A DNA stretch of 64,000 nucleotides. Origin: Takakia lepidozioides (Eukaryota > Plantae > Bryophyta). The position numbers and the translations under genes are program-made. Numbering within the stretch: the first letter of the stretch is position 1; each line of letters opens with the position of its first letter. Shown piece after piece: positions 19,853 to 32,819 of this stretch. The notes beneath the pieces were generated by a model. That model did not search any database, was not told the DNA's origin, and saw nothing but the letters and a program-made list of their open reading frames with translations. The stretch is from contig CM060732.1 in NCBI GenBank assembly GCA_030704615.1, forward strand, positions 22,630,001-22,694,000, written 5' to 3'.

Positions 19853-22800
19853 GATGGGAATTTGGTTGAAGGGCATAAGCATAGCCCTGCTGTACTCCCT
19901 TGCAGCTGGAGTTTTAGGTGGGTTAAAAGCGGCATTGCCCCATACCTCGGCTGTGGTGGCTGTGGTGTGGTTGTAGTAACCACAGGTTCAGCTACTGGTA
20001 CATTGACCTGTTGTGGTGGTGGTGGTACTGGCTCCTGTATCATTGGCATCTCCTGCACCTCCTGTGAAGACTGAAAAGCCAAAGTTCTGGCTTGTAAATA
20101 AGAAGCCATTAGCTGGTCCTGAGGGATATAGACTCTTTGGTCGATGTTTGAAGTGAGGTCTTCCACTTGAGTCTGGAGTCCGTCTACATCCTCTTGTAAC
20201 TCTGCTATCCTACTATAGACATTGTCTATAATAGTTGTGGCAATGTTCTGCACCTGCAGCCTGAGCTCATTCATCTCGCTTTGGGTGAGCTTCCGTGGGG
20301 CTTTGCCCTCTACTGGCCCTTGTGCTAACCAGACCTGCATAAGGCTGTTATCCACCAAGCTGCTTGTGGTTCCCCTGAGAGTTTGCTCCTCTCTTAGCTT
20401 GTACAATTCCAACTGCTGTTGTAAAGCCTCCATGCGCTTCGCCTGTGGCTCAACCAATTGCGCATAGGCAGCAAGTAGATTATTGGCTTCCTTCAAAGCC
20501 TTGTTACTGACCGCGATTTCATTTCTATTGGCCACGATGGTTTGTTGCAACTCCACGATGTGTTTCTCTTGATCAGCTTCCCTCTGCCTGTATTGCTTGA
20601 AAGTATCTTCAGGCGACAGATTGTATTCTTCATATCGACAATGAGCTTCATTTGCTCAACATTCTCTTCTTCTGCCTTCGTACATTTTTCCGCTTGACTG
20701 TTTATTTCTTTTGTTGATTGGTCAAGCATAGTTGTAAATGTAGCACATTGTATCGCCATCCTGTTATGCACTGTCTGCAACTCCGTATGTAGTGCATTCA
20801 GTTCTTGCAACTTGCTTTCATGCTGCACCTGCATTTGGTATAGCTGTTGCTTATGTGCTTCGTGCAACTGGTCTTGCGCGAGGCCTGCCTCAATCAATTG
20901 TTGCTTGGCCAATTGCAAAGCCATTTCTGTATTGCCCAAGTCCTGCTTCATCTTGAGAGTGACCTCTTCATCGACCTTGTTTGCACACTCAGTGGCAAGT
21001 CGAGCCTCAAACTCCTTCCTGAGTTCCTCTTTCAAGGCTGTCAATTGGGTAATTGGAACATGGGATTTGACATAAGTCCCCAACAAATTAAGTGTCCTGC
21101 CTATGGAACTCATCAGCATTGCCTGTTGAGGGTCATCATGGTGAGGTTGCTGCTGTTCCTCCCGATCTTCAACAATGATGTCTCACTAACCATTCAGGCC
21201 ATTGTCCCACCGGATTTTCTTCCTGAACTACTTCATCTATGACTGGTGTTACAGTGTCATGACCTTCCGCCTGTGGTACCTCCACACAGGTGTGTGCATT
21301 TTATGCACCTCAGGATTTCCCTTGGGCAACTGTTGCACCTCTGGGATTTCTGTCTCCTTGACCAGACCAGAATATTCATAGAGAAGGTCCCCTTTCTCTA
21401 TTTCTGCCACTATCTGTTCTGTAGTTGGAATATCTATCCCTTCACTTTCCAAATCAATTATTTCGGGTTGAGCTGCATGGATAACTTGTGACCTTGTGAC
21501 AAGTCGTTCAAGTGGCTGTGTTGGCTGTGATGCAGAAGTAACTTCCTCCTCCCTCTCTGAAGGTCCTGCTTCCAGTAATAACATTCTTTTGTGCTGCTGT
21601 GCCCCTTCCTGGTCATGAGCTTGGGAAACATTATCATGCGGAATCCGTGAAGCCAGTGGATCCGCCACTACAGTCTTTCCCCTTCTCTGCCTCTTAGTCT
21701 CGGGTTGTGGTGCTAGTCCACCCTCACTGTGTGAAGAGCCTTGCTCTTCCATTGCAGTTGTTTCTGGCTCAAACACTCCCATTTCCTTCCTTTCTTGTGC
21801 ATTAAGTATGCCAGAATTAAGGATTATTTGAGCAATGATTGGGCCAGACACTATGATAGGAGACTTTGCGGTAGTACCTTGTAATCTTTTCATCTCCTCT
21901 ACCAGTGCGTTGTACATAATGTCCGCCCATTGTACCTCTTGTCCCTTCAGGCCTTTGAGTATTTCCTCTGTGAAGGATCTGCTCAAATATTGTTGGTTCT
22001 GTTTCAGGGCAAACAGAACGTTCAATACCTGGCCTATCTCTTTTAACCCTGGGTACACAGCTTTGGTACAAGCATAACCCTGAGTTTTAAAGAAACTCCC
22101 TTCTTGGAATAAGTCCCCTATTTGCAGTCTTGCCCTGTGTTCCCCACATGCACCTGACCTGCTGGCAATTGAAACAATTGCTGGAGGTATAGGGGAGTAA
22201 TCATTAATTCAACTCCCTTCACCGTTGTTGTTCCTGTCCTTGGCTCAAAGTTCTGCAAAAATTGTAACATGTACTGTCTATGGTGTAGTGTCCAATCTAG
22301 GCTTTGCAATCCTTCCAATCTCAGCTCCTCCAGTATCTTTATCGCCTGTGGGGTAGCCATCGTTTGTTTCTGCAGAATTGTGGTGCTCTTCACCCTGATT
22401 TCCTCCATTCCTCTCACTCTCTTCATCTTAGACTCACAGAACTGCTTTGGCTGTAACAACTGCAGGAATGCTGTAGTGCACAAAGCATAAACGTATGGTT
22501 GCCGCAGAAAGCTATGGGTAATCTCTTGTAAGCCTGCGGGGCTTGCAAGCATTGCTCAAGAGAAAAGCTCTGCTCTGTCGTTTCGTGTCTATGCCACTGC
22601 GTAAGTAATATTGCGAGCGTATAGTCTGTTAGTTCCTCCATAGTTTCCAAGTTATAGCATTTATGGCCTGTCCTGTCGAGACGCCGTTACTCAGAACGAC
22701 GCCGCCTCTTGCGCTCAATTTCCCTCCATTTTCTTGATCATTTCTCTGGTTTTCTATTGGCTGTATCCGCTGTGACTGGATTTTAACTTTTATCTTCTTT

Positions 22801-25800
22801 AGTGGACTTTCCCTGTTGGATAGTCCACTAGGATCACACATGCGACATGAATTCGGCTTTTCTGTACTTGCCGTTCGTTCCGTTTCCCTTTTTCCGTATT
22901 CATTAATGGGCCCGCCTTTCATCCCATTTGACGGCCGTTCTTGTCCTCTTTCTTTTTGACACCTGTCCTTGCACTTCATTCTCTGCTGTGTGTCGCACCC
23001 TGACCTCCACGTGTCTATTTTTAAATTAATTTCCGTTTCTTCTTCCGTCAGCCATTTTCCTGAAGTTTTTATGTGTCCACTTGTCACTGATTCTATGGAT
23101 CGTGTAACTTTAGTAGGCTGTGTTGAGCTGTGACAGGCTGTGTCATACTGTGTTACCCTGTGATAGGCTGTGATGCACTGTGGTAAGCTGTGATAGGCTG
23201 TGACACGCTGTGGTATGTTGTTATAAGCTGTGTTGCGCCTTGCTGGGCTGTGATTGGCTGTGTCACGTCGTGATGGGCTGTGATAGGCTGTGTTGCGCCT
23301 TGGCGGCTGTGATAGGCTGTGTCCCGTTTGTTTTGCCCACCCTGGTCGTATATGCTGGGCCTAGCGACAAGTGTTCCATACTCCGTTCGTAACATGGTGC
23401 AGCCCGTGACTGCTCTTGCGGTTCAACATGCAAATCATGCTGCAGGGGTTTGTCATGGATACCACTGTACCCCTTCAACTTATTTGCATTCACTCTTCCC
23501 AGCATTTCTTTGTTAATGGTTTGTAACATGGCGGTGTTGTTATCATACATCTTTTGTATGACATAAGGTCTTTTCCACGGTGATTTGAGCTTAGAAGCTT
23601 GAATCTTTCCTTTCTTCTGCAACCATAGAACCAAATCCCCCGTCTTAAAAGTCTTTAATTTTCCTTCATCAAACTGTTCCTTTCGCTTCATCTGAATTCT
23701 TGTCATATTATCAGCTGCATCAGCACGTACTTCTTCCACATGGTATAATTCATGTTTCCTGACCTTGATGGAGTCTTGCAATTCCATTCTTTTTCCCCAC
23801 TCCGTTCTCATGGTAGGTAACAGGGAATTCCACTGGAAGTAAGGCTTCCATACCATAAACTAATTGGAATGGTGTATACTTAGTGGTGACTTTATATGAA
23901 GTCCTGTATGACCACAAAGCTGTCAGCAGCTTTGTATCCCAATCCGTTCTGTTTGCATTGACTATCTTAGCCAAGATAGTACATAGTATTTTGTTGGTAG
24001 CCTCTGCCTGCCCATTACCCTGTGGGTAATATGTTGTACTCTTTCTATGCACAATCATAAACTCTTTAGTCAACAACTCAATGGTCTCATTCATGAAGTG
24101 ACTTCCTTGATCACTGATAAATTCTAAGGGACATCCAAATCGTGTAAGTATGTTCTCGTACAGGAACCTTGCTGTGGACTTGGCTGTGTTGTCCCTCAAA
24201 GCTTTAGCTTCCACCCACTTTGTAGTATAATCAGTGGCTGTAATTATGTACCTGTTTCGTGTATTCTTGGATGGTGGATTAATTGGTCCAACAAAGTCTA
24301 GTCCCCATTTCTGAAATGGTTCCGTAGGCATTGTAGGATGCAAGGCCATTCTTCCAGATCTCTGCAAAGGTCCTAGCCTCTGACATTCATCACACTTCTG
24401 ACAATACTCATGTACATCTTTGAACAAAGTAGGCCACCAGTATCCTGCGAGTAGTATCTTTCTACTGGTAGTCTCTTCTCCAAAATGACCTCCAGCCACT
24501 CCTTTATGAACTTCCTCCAAGACTTTATTTACTTCATGGTGGTACAAGCATCGTTTTAGTACTCCATCAGGTCCTAACTTATACATTCTGCTTCCTACCA
24601 TAGTATAAGGTAAAGCTTTGATAGCAATTCTCTTCCTCTGCTCCTTACCATAACTAGGTGGGCACTGACCATGAGCAAGGTAGTATCTGATTGGCCACTG
24701 CCAATCTAACCATTCATCTGCACTTCCTTGCACCTCCATTACAAATAAACTCGCATCAGGTAACTGATCGTCCACTCCTGTGGCGGCCTCTCCTGTTGTT
24801 AGTCGTGACAAATGATCTGCCACAAGATGCAAACGGCCAGGCTTGTAAATAACCTCGAACTCAAACTCATGCAAGATTATTAACCACCTCGCTATCCTTC
24901 CACTTATCAAAGGTTTGTTCACCAGATATATCAGAGCCTGGTGATCCATATAAACACATAAACTTTCTTCCCAATAGGTAATGCCTGAATTTCTTGACTG
25001 CATAAATCATTGCCAATGCTTCTCTTTCCGTTGTACTATAGTTCCTCTCAGCACTGTTCATCAATCGGCTAGCATAGTACACAGGTGAATCTATATTTCC
25101 TGTAACATTCTGGGCTAACACCGCACCCAACGCTTCTCCTGATGCATCGCAGTGAACATGAAATACTACATGCCAGTGAGGGTTAATCAGCACAGGTGTA
25201 GTTGTTACTGACAGTGTAAGTTCCTCAAACGCCTGTTGACATTCAGCTGTCCAGGCAAACACTGCATCTTTCTTCAGAAGCTTGCTCAATGGTGCTGCTA
25301 TTTGTGCATACCTTTTGACAAATCTTCTGTAATAACTGGTTTGCCCAAGGAATCTCCTTAAACTCTTAACATTCACTGGTGGTGGAGAGACTTTAATGGA
25401 CTCTGTCTTCCTGGGATCCACAAGAAGTCCCTTCTTACACACAATGTGTCCCAGAAGCACCCCTGAGTTCACACAGAAAGTACACTTCTCTGGATTCAAG
25501 CCCAGACCTCTCATCCTGCATCTGGCCAGGCATAACTCCAATTTATGCAAGTGTCATTCTTAGAGCTGTACACACTGAAATCATCCAAAAACACCTGCAT
25601 GAAATCATCCAGATACTCATGAAAAGATTCACTTATCACTCTCTGAAAGGTCGCTGGTGCATAAAAAGTCCAAAGGGCATGACTTTGTATGCATAAGCCC
25701 CCCAGTCTGTGATGAAAGCTGTTTTCCCTTGGTCTTCTTCTGCCACTTGCACTGATTATAACCACTGAAGCCATCCATGAATGAGTACATCTCATGGCCT

Positions 25801-28800
25801 GCCACAGTGTCTAATACTGCTTCTGTGAATGGCAAAGGGAAAGGATCTTTCTTCGTACAAGCATTCAGCTTCTTATAGTTCACACATACTCTTAGCTTGC
25901 CATTCTTCTTGGGAACTATAACAATGGGTGACAACCAAGTTGTATACTCTATTGGGTATATAAACTTAGCCTCAGCCAACTTCTTTATCTCTTCTCCAAC
26001 CTTCTGTGCGTAGTTGGGATTCATTCTATACCTCGCCTGCTTGATTGGTACTGACCCTGGTTCCAGTTCAATCTTATGCTGACAGACTTCAGGTGGTATC
26101 CCTTTTAGATCCTCATAGCTCCAAGCAAATACATCTCTGTATTTGATGAACAAGCTTTTAGCTTCTTCGAAGAATTCCGGCTCCAAATCAGCTCCTACTT
26201 TCACCATCTCGGTTCCTCCTGAGTTCCCACATTTACTTCTCTCACCTGCTCATCAGCTGTGATTGTCCAACCAGTCACCACTTCATCCTTTAAGCTCACA
26301 GTGGCTGGTTCTTCTAGGATTTCTATCTCTCCCTCCTTTTCTTCATAGAAATGTGGTGGGTAATGCTGGTTTCCTCTTCAATTGGTGTTGCCGACACTAC
26401 ACCACAGCAGATACCTCTTAACAACTTAGGCTTTCCAGCCGCATCTCGCAACCTGCTCCCACTCTGGGTGTGCAGCAAATAGGGTAGCTTCCTGCTCCTC
26501 ATCCAGTCCTCCTCTCCAGTCATACCTCTGACTCCTCGAGGTCTTCTTGTAGCAGGTAATCTACTAGATTTCTTTGTGGTAATTTGTATCTCGTGCATCC
26601 CATTATGCACAGTTAGTAACTGAGAATTCCAGTCATGGAATACCCTGGCCTGTTTCAGCCACGGACGTCCCAATAATAAGGAGTAAGCCTCCATGACTTC
26701 ATCCATTTTTAATACAGTTACTGTGATCATAAAGATCATTTTCTGTATCTGTATCTTAACTCCTTTATTAATCCCAATGGCTGTACACTTCTTTGATCTG
26801 CCATTGTTACTGTAAATGGGGCTGGTTTCATGTTACTTAGACCAAGCTTCTTCCTTAATTGGTCTGTCATGATATTTACTCCAGAACCACCATCTATCAG
26901 TACATCAGTTAGTTCTGTGCTTCCAATTCTCAATTGGATTACTGGCATAGAATCATCAAAGTCCATGACTGGTTCTCGCCCTTCCGGCTTCACATTATAA
27001 CTGGTCACTTTGCTGTTCAGGTCTGTGTTTCCTGTCTCTTGGGCAATTCGATTGATTGCCTGATACAGCCTGTGCCTACAATAAGGTGCCACAGCTAATA
27101 GCTGTCCAATGGTAATTTCTGCTTTGGTCTGACATATTACTGCAGCCAAAGTCTCTTCATTACTTTGCATGTCTGCATCTTTTTTTTCCTTTCTTCCTCA
27201 CTCCCTTCTTTTTCTCCATCCGAATCAGAGGAATCTGCCACAGGAATATCAGTACTCTTTTGCATTTCCCTTATAGTATCTGCCACTTCCTTGTGCAGTT
27301 CCTTCTCATCTTTCCAAGTCTCTTCATCTTCAGGCATATCATTGCCACTTCCATTCTCATCTCTTCCTCTTCTACTGGAGGTATTAGTTTGGCTTTACTT
27401 CTTGTTACTATCATTGTACTTACTTCTGGTACAACACATGGCCTAACCATGTGAGCTGCCACCACTGGGCCCTCATTCACAGGAGCTCTCATCTCATTCT
27501 GGTGTCTTATCCAGAATGAACAGGCTGCCTTGCGATGTCCTGGCTGATTACAATAGTAACATAGCTCTTCACCATTGGGTCCTCGCCCTTGGTCTGTTCT
27601 TGGATTATTTCTATAATCCTGATTCCCGGGCTGGTAATTCCCCCTTGGATTACCCTGATAGTTGCCTCTGGAATTTCCTTGGTAATTCCCTCTTGAATTA
27701 CCTCTCCCTTCCATGCCATTGTTATAACCACCAGACCTACCATAGTGGTCCTGATCATGTTTCTTCTTGGCTGGGGCTGCACCTGATGCACCCTTACTTG
27801 CCTAGGTTCTCTTGCAGCTGTCCTTCTGTTGTAGTAACAATTCTCAGTAGAATGGTTATCCATTTTACAGATAGTACAGTGTTTCTCCTTCATGTGGCAT
27901 TCTGTGGTGGTATGGCCTTCATTCTGGCACTTTGCACACCATACACCCTTCCTCCAATGTGTTGCAGCCTCTGTGGCATACTTCTTCAAGATTTCTTCCA
28001 ATTTTTTTCATAGTTATCCCTCTTCAACTTCTCCTTTCTCTTACTCTTTCTTTTTAGTTCTTGCTCTTTCTTCATCTGACTCATCCTCAGAGTCCTCATC
28101 TTTTTTTTTCTCTCCTGAGCATTCCCAATTGCTCAATTCTGTTCGCAGTTTCAAATGCCTCCTCCACTGTATTATGGGGTAACATATCCACTTTCTTTGC
28201 AACTCTGGTCTTATCCACTCACAAACCAAGTCTTCTGTAAACCGGGCGCTGGTACTGCAGCCAGCTTTTTCATCATCAATTCCATCTTCTCCATATACTC
28301 TTCAACAGTTTCATGCTTCTTCTGCTTCAGCTGTTGTAACTTCCATACACTTCATCCTCAGTTTTACTTGTCCTGAACCTATTTCGAAATGCTGTATTCA
28401 AGCCATTCCAGTTAGGAAATGATTATCAGGGAATCTTGCATACCATTCACTTGCTTTCTTGATAAGTGAACAAGGAAACAGTCTCATCTTGGCATCATCG
28501 CCATTCTCATTGTTCACTATACACATGTGCTCAAATTGGCTAATGTGTACATCGGGATCCCCTTTTCCTGAATATATTGGAAAGGGTGGTTTTGCCCGTG
28601 TTGGTTGTAACGCCATCTGTGGCCCTACTTTCTGCCCACTGACAGGTGCTGGCACCCTTGCTGGTGCTGGTCCTTCTGGACCTGTTGTTTTGTGGTGGAT
28701 CTTCCACCAAGTGGTGGCCCTTGAGCACTCCTTGCTTCTGGTCCCACGATATTCACAGTATTCCCAGCTTCAGTTGCACTACTTCCCACACTCCCTGTCC

Positions 28801-29443
28801 CCCCAGAGCCAGATCCAGGCAGCCCGCCTGATCCCCCTGAGCCGACACCTTCGTTGGCCTGTGATCCAAGTGCTCCACTTGATCCAGGTCCAACGGGTTG
28901 GGATGTCCTGGTTGTAGTCTCAACCTCAGCTGTTGGGTCTACTTCTTCATATTCTTCCTCTTCTAATTTCTTCTCTCTGTTTTCATCCTCCAAGTTCTGC
29001 CCTTGGGTTTCTTCTTCACTCATGTAACTCAACTGTAATGGTGTTGGAGAGTCTGAACTCTCCGTTGGCTCTGCCACATCCTCTTCTCCTTCTTCATCTT
29101 CTGCTTCAGAAACTGGAGTTCCTGCTTTTGGTGTTCCATGCCAACTCTTATCAAAGATTTCTGTCAAGTCTTTTATCCAAGGATGTACCTCAGATCTTTC
29201 ACCTCGTGATTGATCTTCTTCCTGTACCAATTCCCTTAATCTTTCTTGCAAAGAAACAGAAGGAGTGGCATCCAACTCTAGTTCTTCGGTATAGGTGATG
29301 CACTTTGATCTTGATGGTGTGAGAGGTCCAGATGATTCCCCTATGTCTATTCCTCTCTCCCAAAGATATGGATAATTAGCTTTCAGATAGCTTTCTCTTT
29401 TTGATGAATATCTCTGTCGTCTAGCTTCTCTTTCATCACTCAT
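19853..29443 (-). pseudogene. Frameshifted ORF3, pol and gag of the outer element
   Basis: The ORF fragments align piece by piece to the inner-copy proteins, separated by many 1-2 nt indels. Confidence 0.9.
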
Positions 29444-30050
29444 GTCCCATGTCTTTCATTTCTTTTAATGTGGCAATAACCAAAACTCTCTTCTGTAATA
29501 TCTCTCGTATATGCCTGGGTTTCTTTCAAGCTTCAATGCACCCTTGGCTATACTTGAAGTCTCCGTTACCATATAACCATATGGCAAACAAGTCTGAAAA
29601 GCTGTTCTTGGTGTGAGTTTGATCCACAAAATATCCTTTGGAATCCAATTCTTTACCAGTACAAGCTCTTCATGCATATGAGTATAAACATTCACCTTTC
29701 TTTCTTCCCAGCCTTCAAACTCTACTCGTTTAATGGATAGCAATGCTATCACATAAACCAATGTTGGTAACCAACGTGCTCTTCCTCTACAGGCTACCTG
29801 ATAAATCTTTATCACTCCTTTCTCCAGACCCCATTCTGGATCAGCATCATGCACTCGTTTAAGAATATTTTCTTTACACCGTCTGGCAATTCCAAGAACC
29901 TTTGAAAGAATTGTTTGGACAATCTTCTTCCTTCGTTCCACAGGGAATTTGATTCACTTCAAATTCTTTAATGGTCCAACCACCATGATCCCACCAGATG
30001 CCTGTCACATCTGGTTGTTCATGTCCCAGGTCCCCAGTATGGTCGCCAAA

Positions 30051-31058
30051 TGTCGCGCGGCTTTTACTCACCCATCCCTTCGCTATCCGAGGCGGAAACT
30101 CCAAGATAGAAGAGTTGGAAATCTCTAAGTACTCAGCCCGCGCAGAACAATCAGTCATGACCTACAGCTAGTGTATCATGGGGGTGTTCCTATTTGTTCC
30201 CTTTTCCGCATTCATCTTAGCTACCTTACCATTGATAATTAAGTATCAGTTTGCTTCATCAATCTATCGGTTCCTTCACTCATCCATTCAATCACAGCTT
30301 CTCTCAGATCTCTCTACACAGTGTGATTGTATCGTATAAGTATCAGATTATGATTTATCAGGTATCAGGCCGAAGCCATTATGTCTCTAATCTGCTCTAC
30401 AATATCACTACAGCTTCGCATATAACAAGCATCTACTAATCCTCTTTCTCCATCTTTGCCTCCGATCTCCGCTCCAGCCTGACTCCCAAGTCCTCCCCGA
30501 ATAATGATCATCCTCTTCATTCCCCGTTTTCTCCCTTTATCCTCCTATCCGCGGTTTCTAACCGTTTCCCTCTCTAACCGTCGTCTGTGAACTAACATGT
30601 TCCCTTCGCAGGTGTTGTTTCCCACAGTCGTTCCCTGTCCTACTCTTCGTTCCCTATGATCGTGACGCTGTGTCAAGCTGTGACTGGCTGTGTGAAACTG
30701 TGACGGGCTGTGACTGGCTGTGCGACTGTGTTTGGCTGTGTCGGGCTGTGATTGTGCTGTGTGTGGCTGTGGGACGACTGTGAAGGCTTGTTGGCTGTGT
30801 GTGGTTTGTGTGTACGACTGTGACGGGCTGTGTTGGGCTGTGTTGGCTGTGTGTCGGCTGTGAATGGCTGTGTGTGGGTTTGTGATGTGACGACTTGACG
30901 GGCTGTGTTGGCTGGGGACGACTGTGACGGGCTGTGTAACCCCCCTCTACAGTGCGCTGCTGTCACCCTTAAGGCTCCTGTTGGTCTCAGTCTGTGCAAA
31001 ATTAAGGGTACCCTACAGATCCCGTATAAGTGTCTAAGTCCCCTACAGTCCTCTAACA
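30051..31058 (-). repeat. 5' LTR of outer element
   Basis: Adjacent to the PBS; ends at TSD ATGCC. Confidence 0.93.
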
Positions 31059-31456
31059 ATGCCCGCTTCCCACGCTGGTTTCCAGGTTACCGTGTGAAGA
31101 CTTTGCATTTAGGACAAACACATACATTTTGTTCACGGAACCAGGGCAAATGCACATGCCATTCATTGTAAGCGTCTATCTATGAATTTAAATAAAGTTT
31201 GTCAATCATTCTGAGCTCAATTCTGCCATATTTTCATATTCCTCTTTTTGTGCAGGCATTGCAGACATGGTGCATGGTGGCCCCCTTTGTTTTGTCCACG
31301 GTAATAGGCCCTCTTCTTGCAATCCTTGCCTATAGGACCTGCTTCTCCAGCAGATTTGTGCCACTCACGCTTCGCTGAGCTCACGCTTTGTAGCTACAAC
31401 GTGAGCTCAGCTCCCAGGCTCACGGTGTTGGGCTCACGCCGTAGCTACGCTGACGG

Positions 31457-32751
31457 CACCGCACTCAGTTTTGAGGGGAGCTCTATCACTTCCATTGTAG
31501 GCCGAGGTGAATAAGAAAGTCTTAGAGGCAGCAGGATCTGAAACGGAAGCCTGAGAGGGACACGGGGAAACTGAGTGCGGTGGCGCACTCATTTCAACTG
31601 GATGCTGGGCAATCGCTTGGGCATTAGGGAAAGAGGAAGGTGATGTTCACAGTTTAGGTCCAAGAGACAGTGGAGTGGTCACCCTGAACTGAGTGCGCCA
31701 CCGCACTCAATTTCTAAGCTCCATGGAGTCATTGAGTTGCTATTGACTGAGGTGAACGGTAGATAGAAAGTGCGTTTATTCCATAGTGAGATCTCTTATG
31801 AGTTCTGAGAATCACATTAAGTCTAACCTGGAAACTGGGTGCGTTGGCGCACATAGTTCAATGGTGTGATCGACAATGTTTTTGGACAGACGTGAAAGAT
31901 CCCAATGAACTCAAAACAGAAGTAGGCAAAAAGATTAAATGGCTCCTAGAACTGAGTGCGCCACCGCACTCAGTTTTGGATCACCATAGAATGGTCAGTT
32001 TGCTTATGAGAGAGGTGAAACGAAAGTTAGAAAGTTTGTTTCATTCAAAGTGAGATCTCTTTTGAGTTTTCAGATAGACAGAAACGATAACCTTGAAACT
32101 GAGTGCGGTGGCGCACTCAGTTCTGAGGTGAGGTCGACCATCTTTGTGGACAGAGGTAAAGACCCTGGTGTGCTCGAAAGAGAAAGCAGGACAGAGTGGA
32201 GGGCTCCCAGAAATGAGTGCGCCACCGCACTCAGTTTTTTGAGCACCTGTAGATGGTTGATTTGATGATGTCTGAGATGAACTACAAAGTGAAAATGATT
32301 GTGGAAATTGGAAAGCATTCTTTTTTAGTTATGGGACGGACATCAGAACACCCTGGAAACTGAATGTGGTGGCGCACTCAATTTTAACAGTGGACTCACA
32401 AATATTTGAAGACAGTATGTAAGTCGAAGTTGATTTGGAATCCGGTTTTTAACTGAATATATATTTGTACAGTTTTGAGTGTGGTGGCGCACTCAGTTTT
32501 TGCCTCCAGAATGAAGCACACAATGTGGAAGAGGAAGTGACAAAGGAGCCATTGACTGAGTAGAGATGGAGTGCCTGCAATGAACATAATTTCATAGATG
32601 TCATGGAAGGTGTCCAAGAAATGAGTGCGCCACCGCACTCAATTCCGGTTGACAGGAAAAGAGGGTTATGTGTGTTGTTTTGGAGAACTGATGTTTGTCT
32701 GTTCCGATCCTTTGTCAGTCTCGAAAGTGAGTGCGCCACCGCACTCAATTC
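31457..32751. repeat. Array of ~29-bp palindromes AACTGAGTGCG-(GTGG/CCAC)-CGCACTCAGTT with divergent spacers
   Basis: Half-site at 31457; full sites at ~31567, 31686, 31831, 31949, 32095, 32210, 32356, 32473, 32618 and 32723. Confidence 0.92.
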
Positions 32752-32819
32752 TTGTAGGTGCCAGATCAGGAAAATGTAGCTGTGGAATGACGGAAAGGCT
32801 GTAATTGTGGGAGGTGCAG

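Larger units (their letters stand above)
4274..31058 (-). mobile_element. Outer Ty3/gypsy LTR retrotransposon (~13.3 kb once the nested copy is removed)
   Basis: LTRs at 4274-5371 and 30051-31058 have TG..CA ends. The 5-bp TSD ATGCC lies at 4269-4273 and 31059-31063. PBS ~30029-30048, PPT 5375-5387. The internal ORFs match the inner copy but are frameshifted. Confidence 0.95.

Noticed and set aside
31457-32751. CRISPR array
   Set aside because: The spacers are ~75-120 bp and retain 264-bp dimer similarity, the repeat orientation flips, no cas genes are present and the context is eukaryotic.
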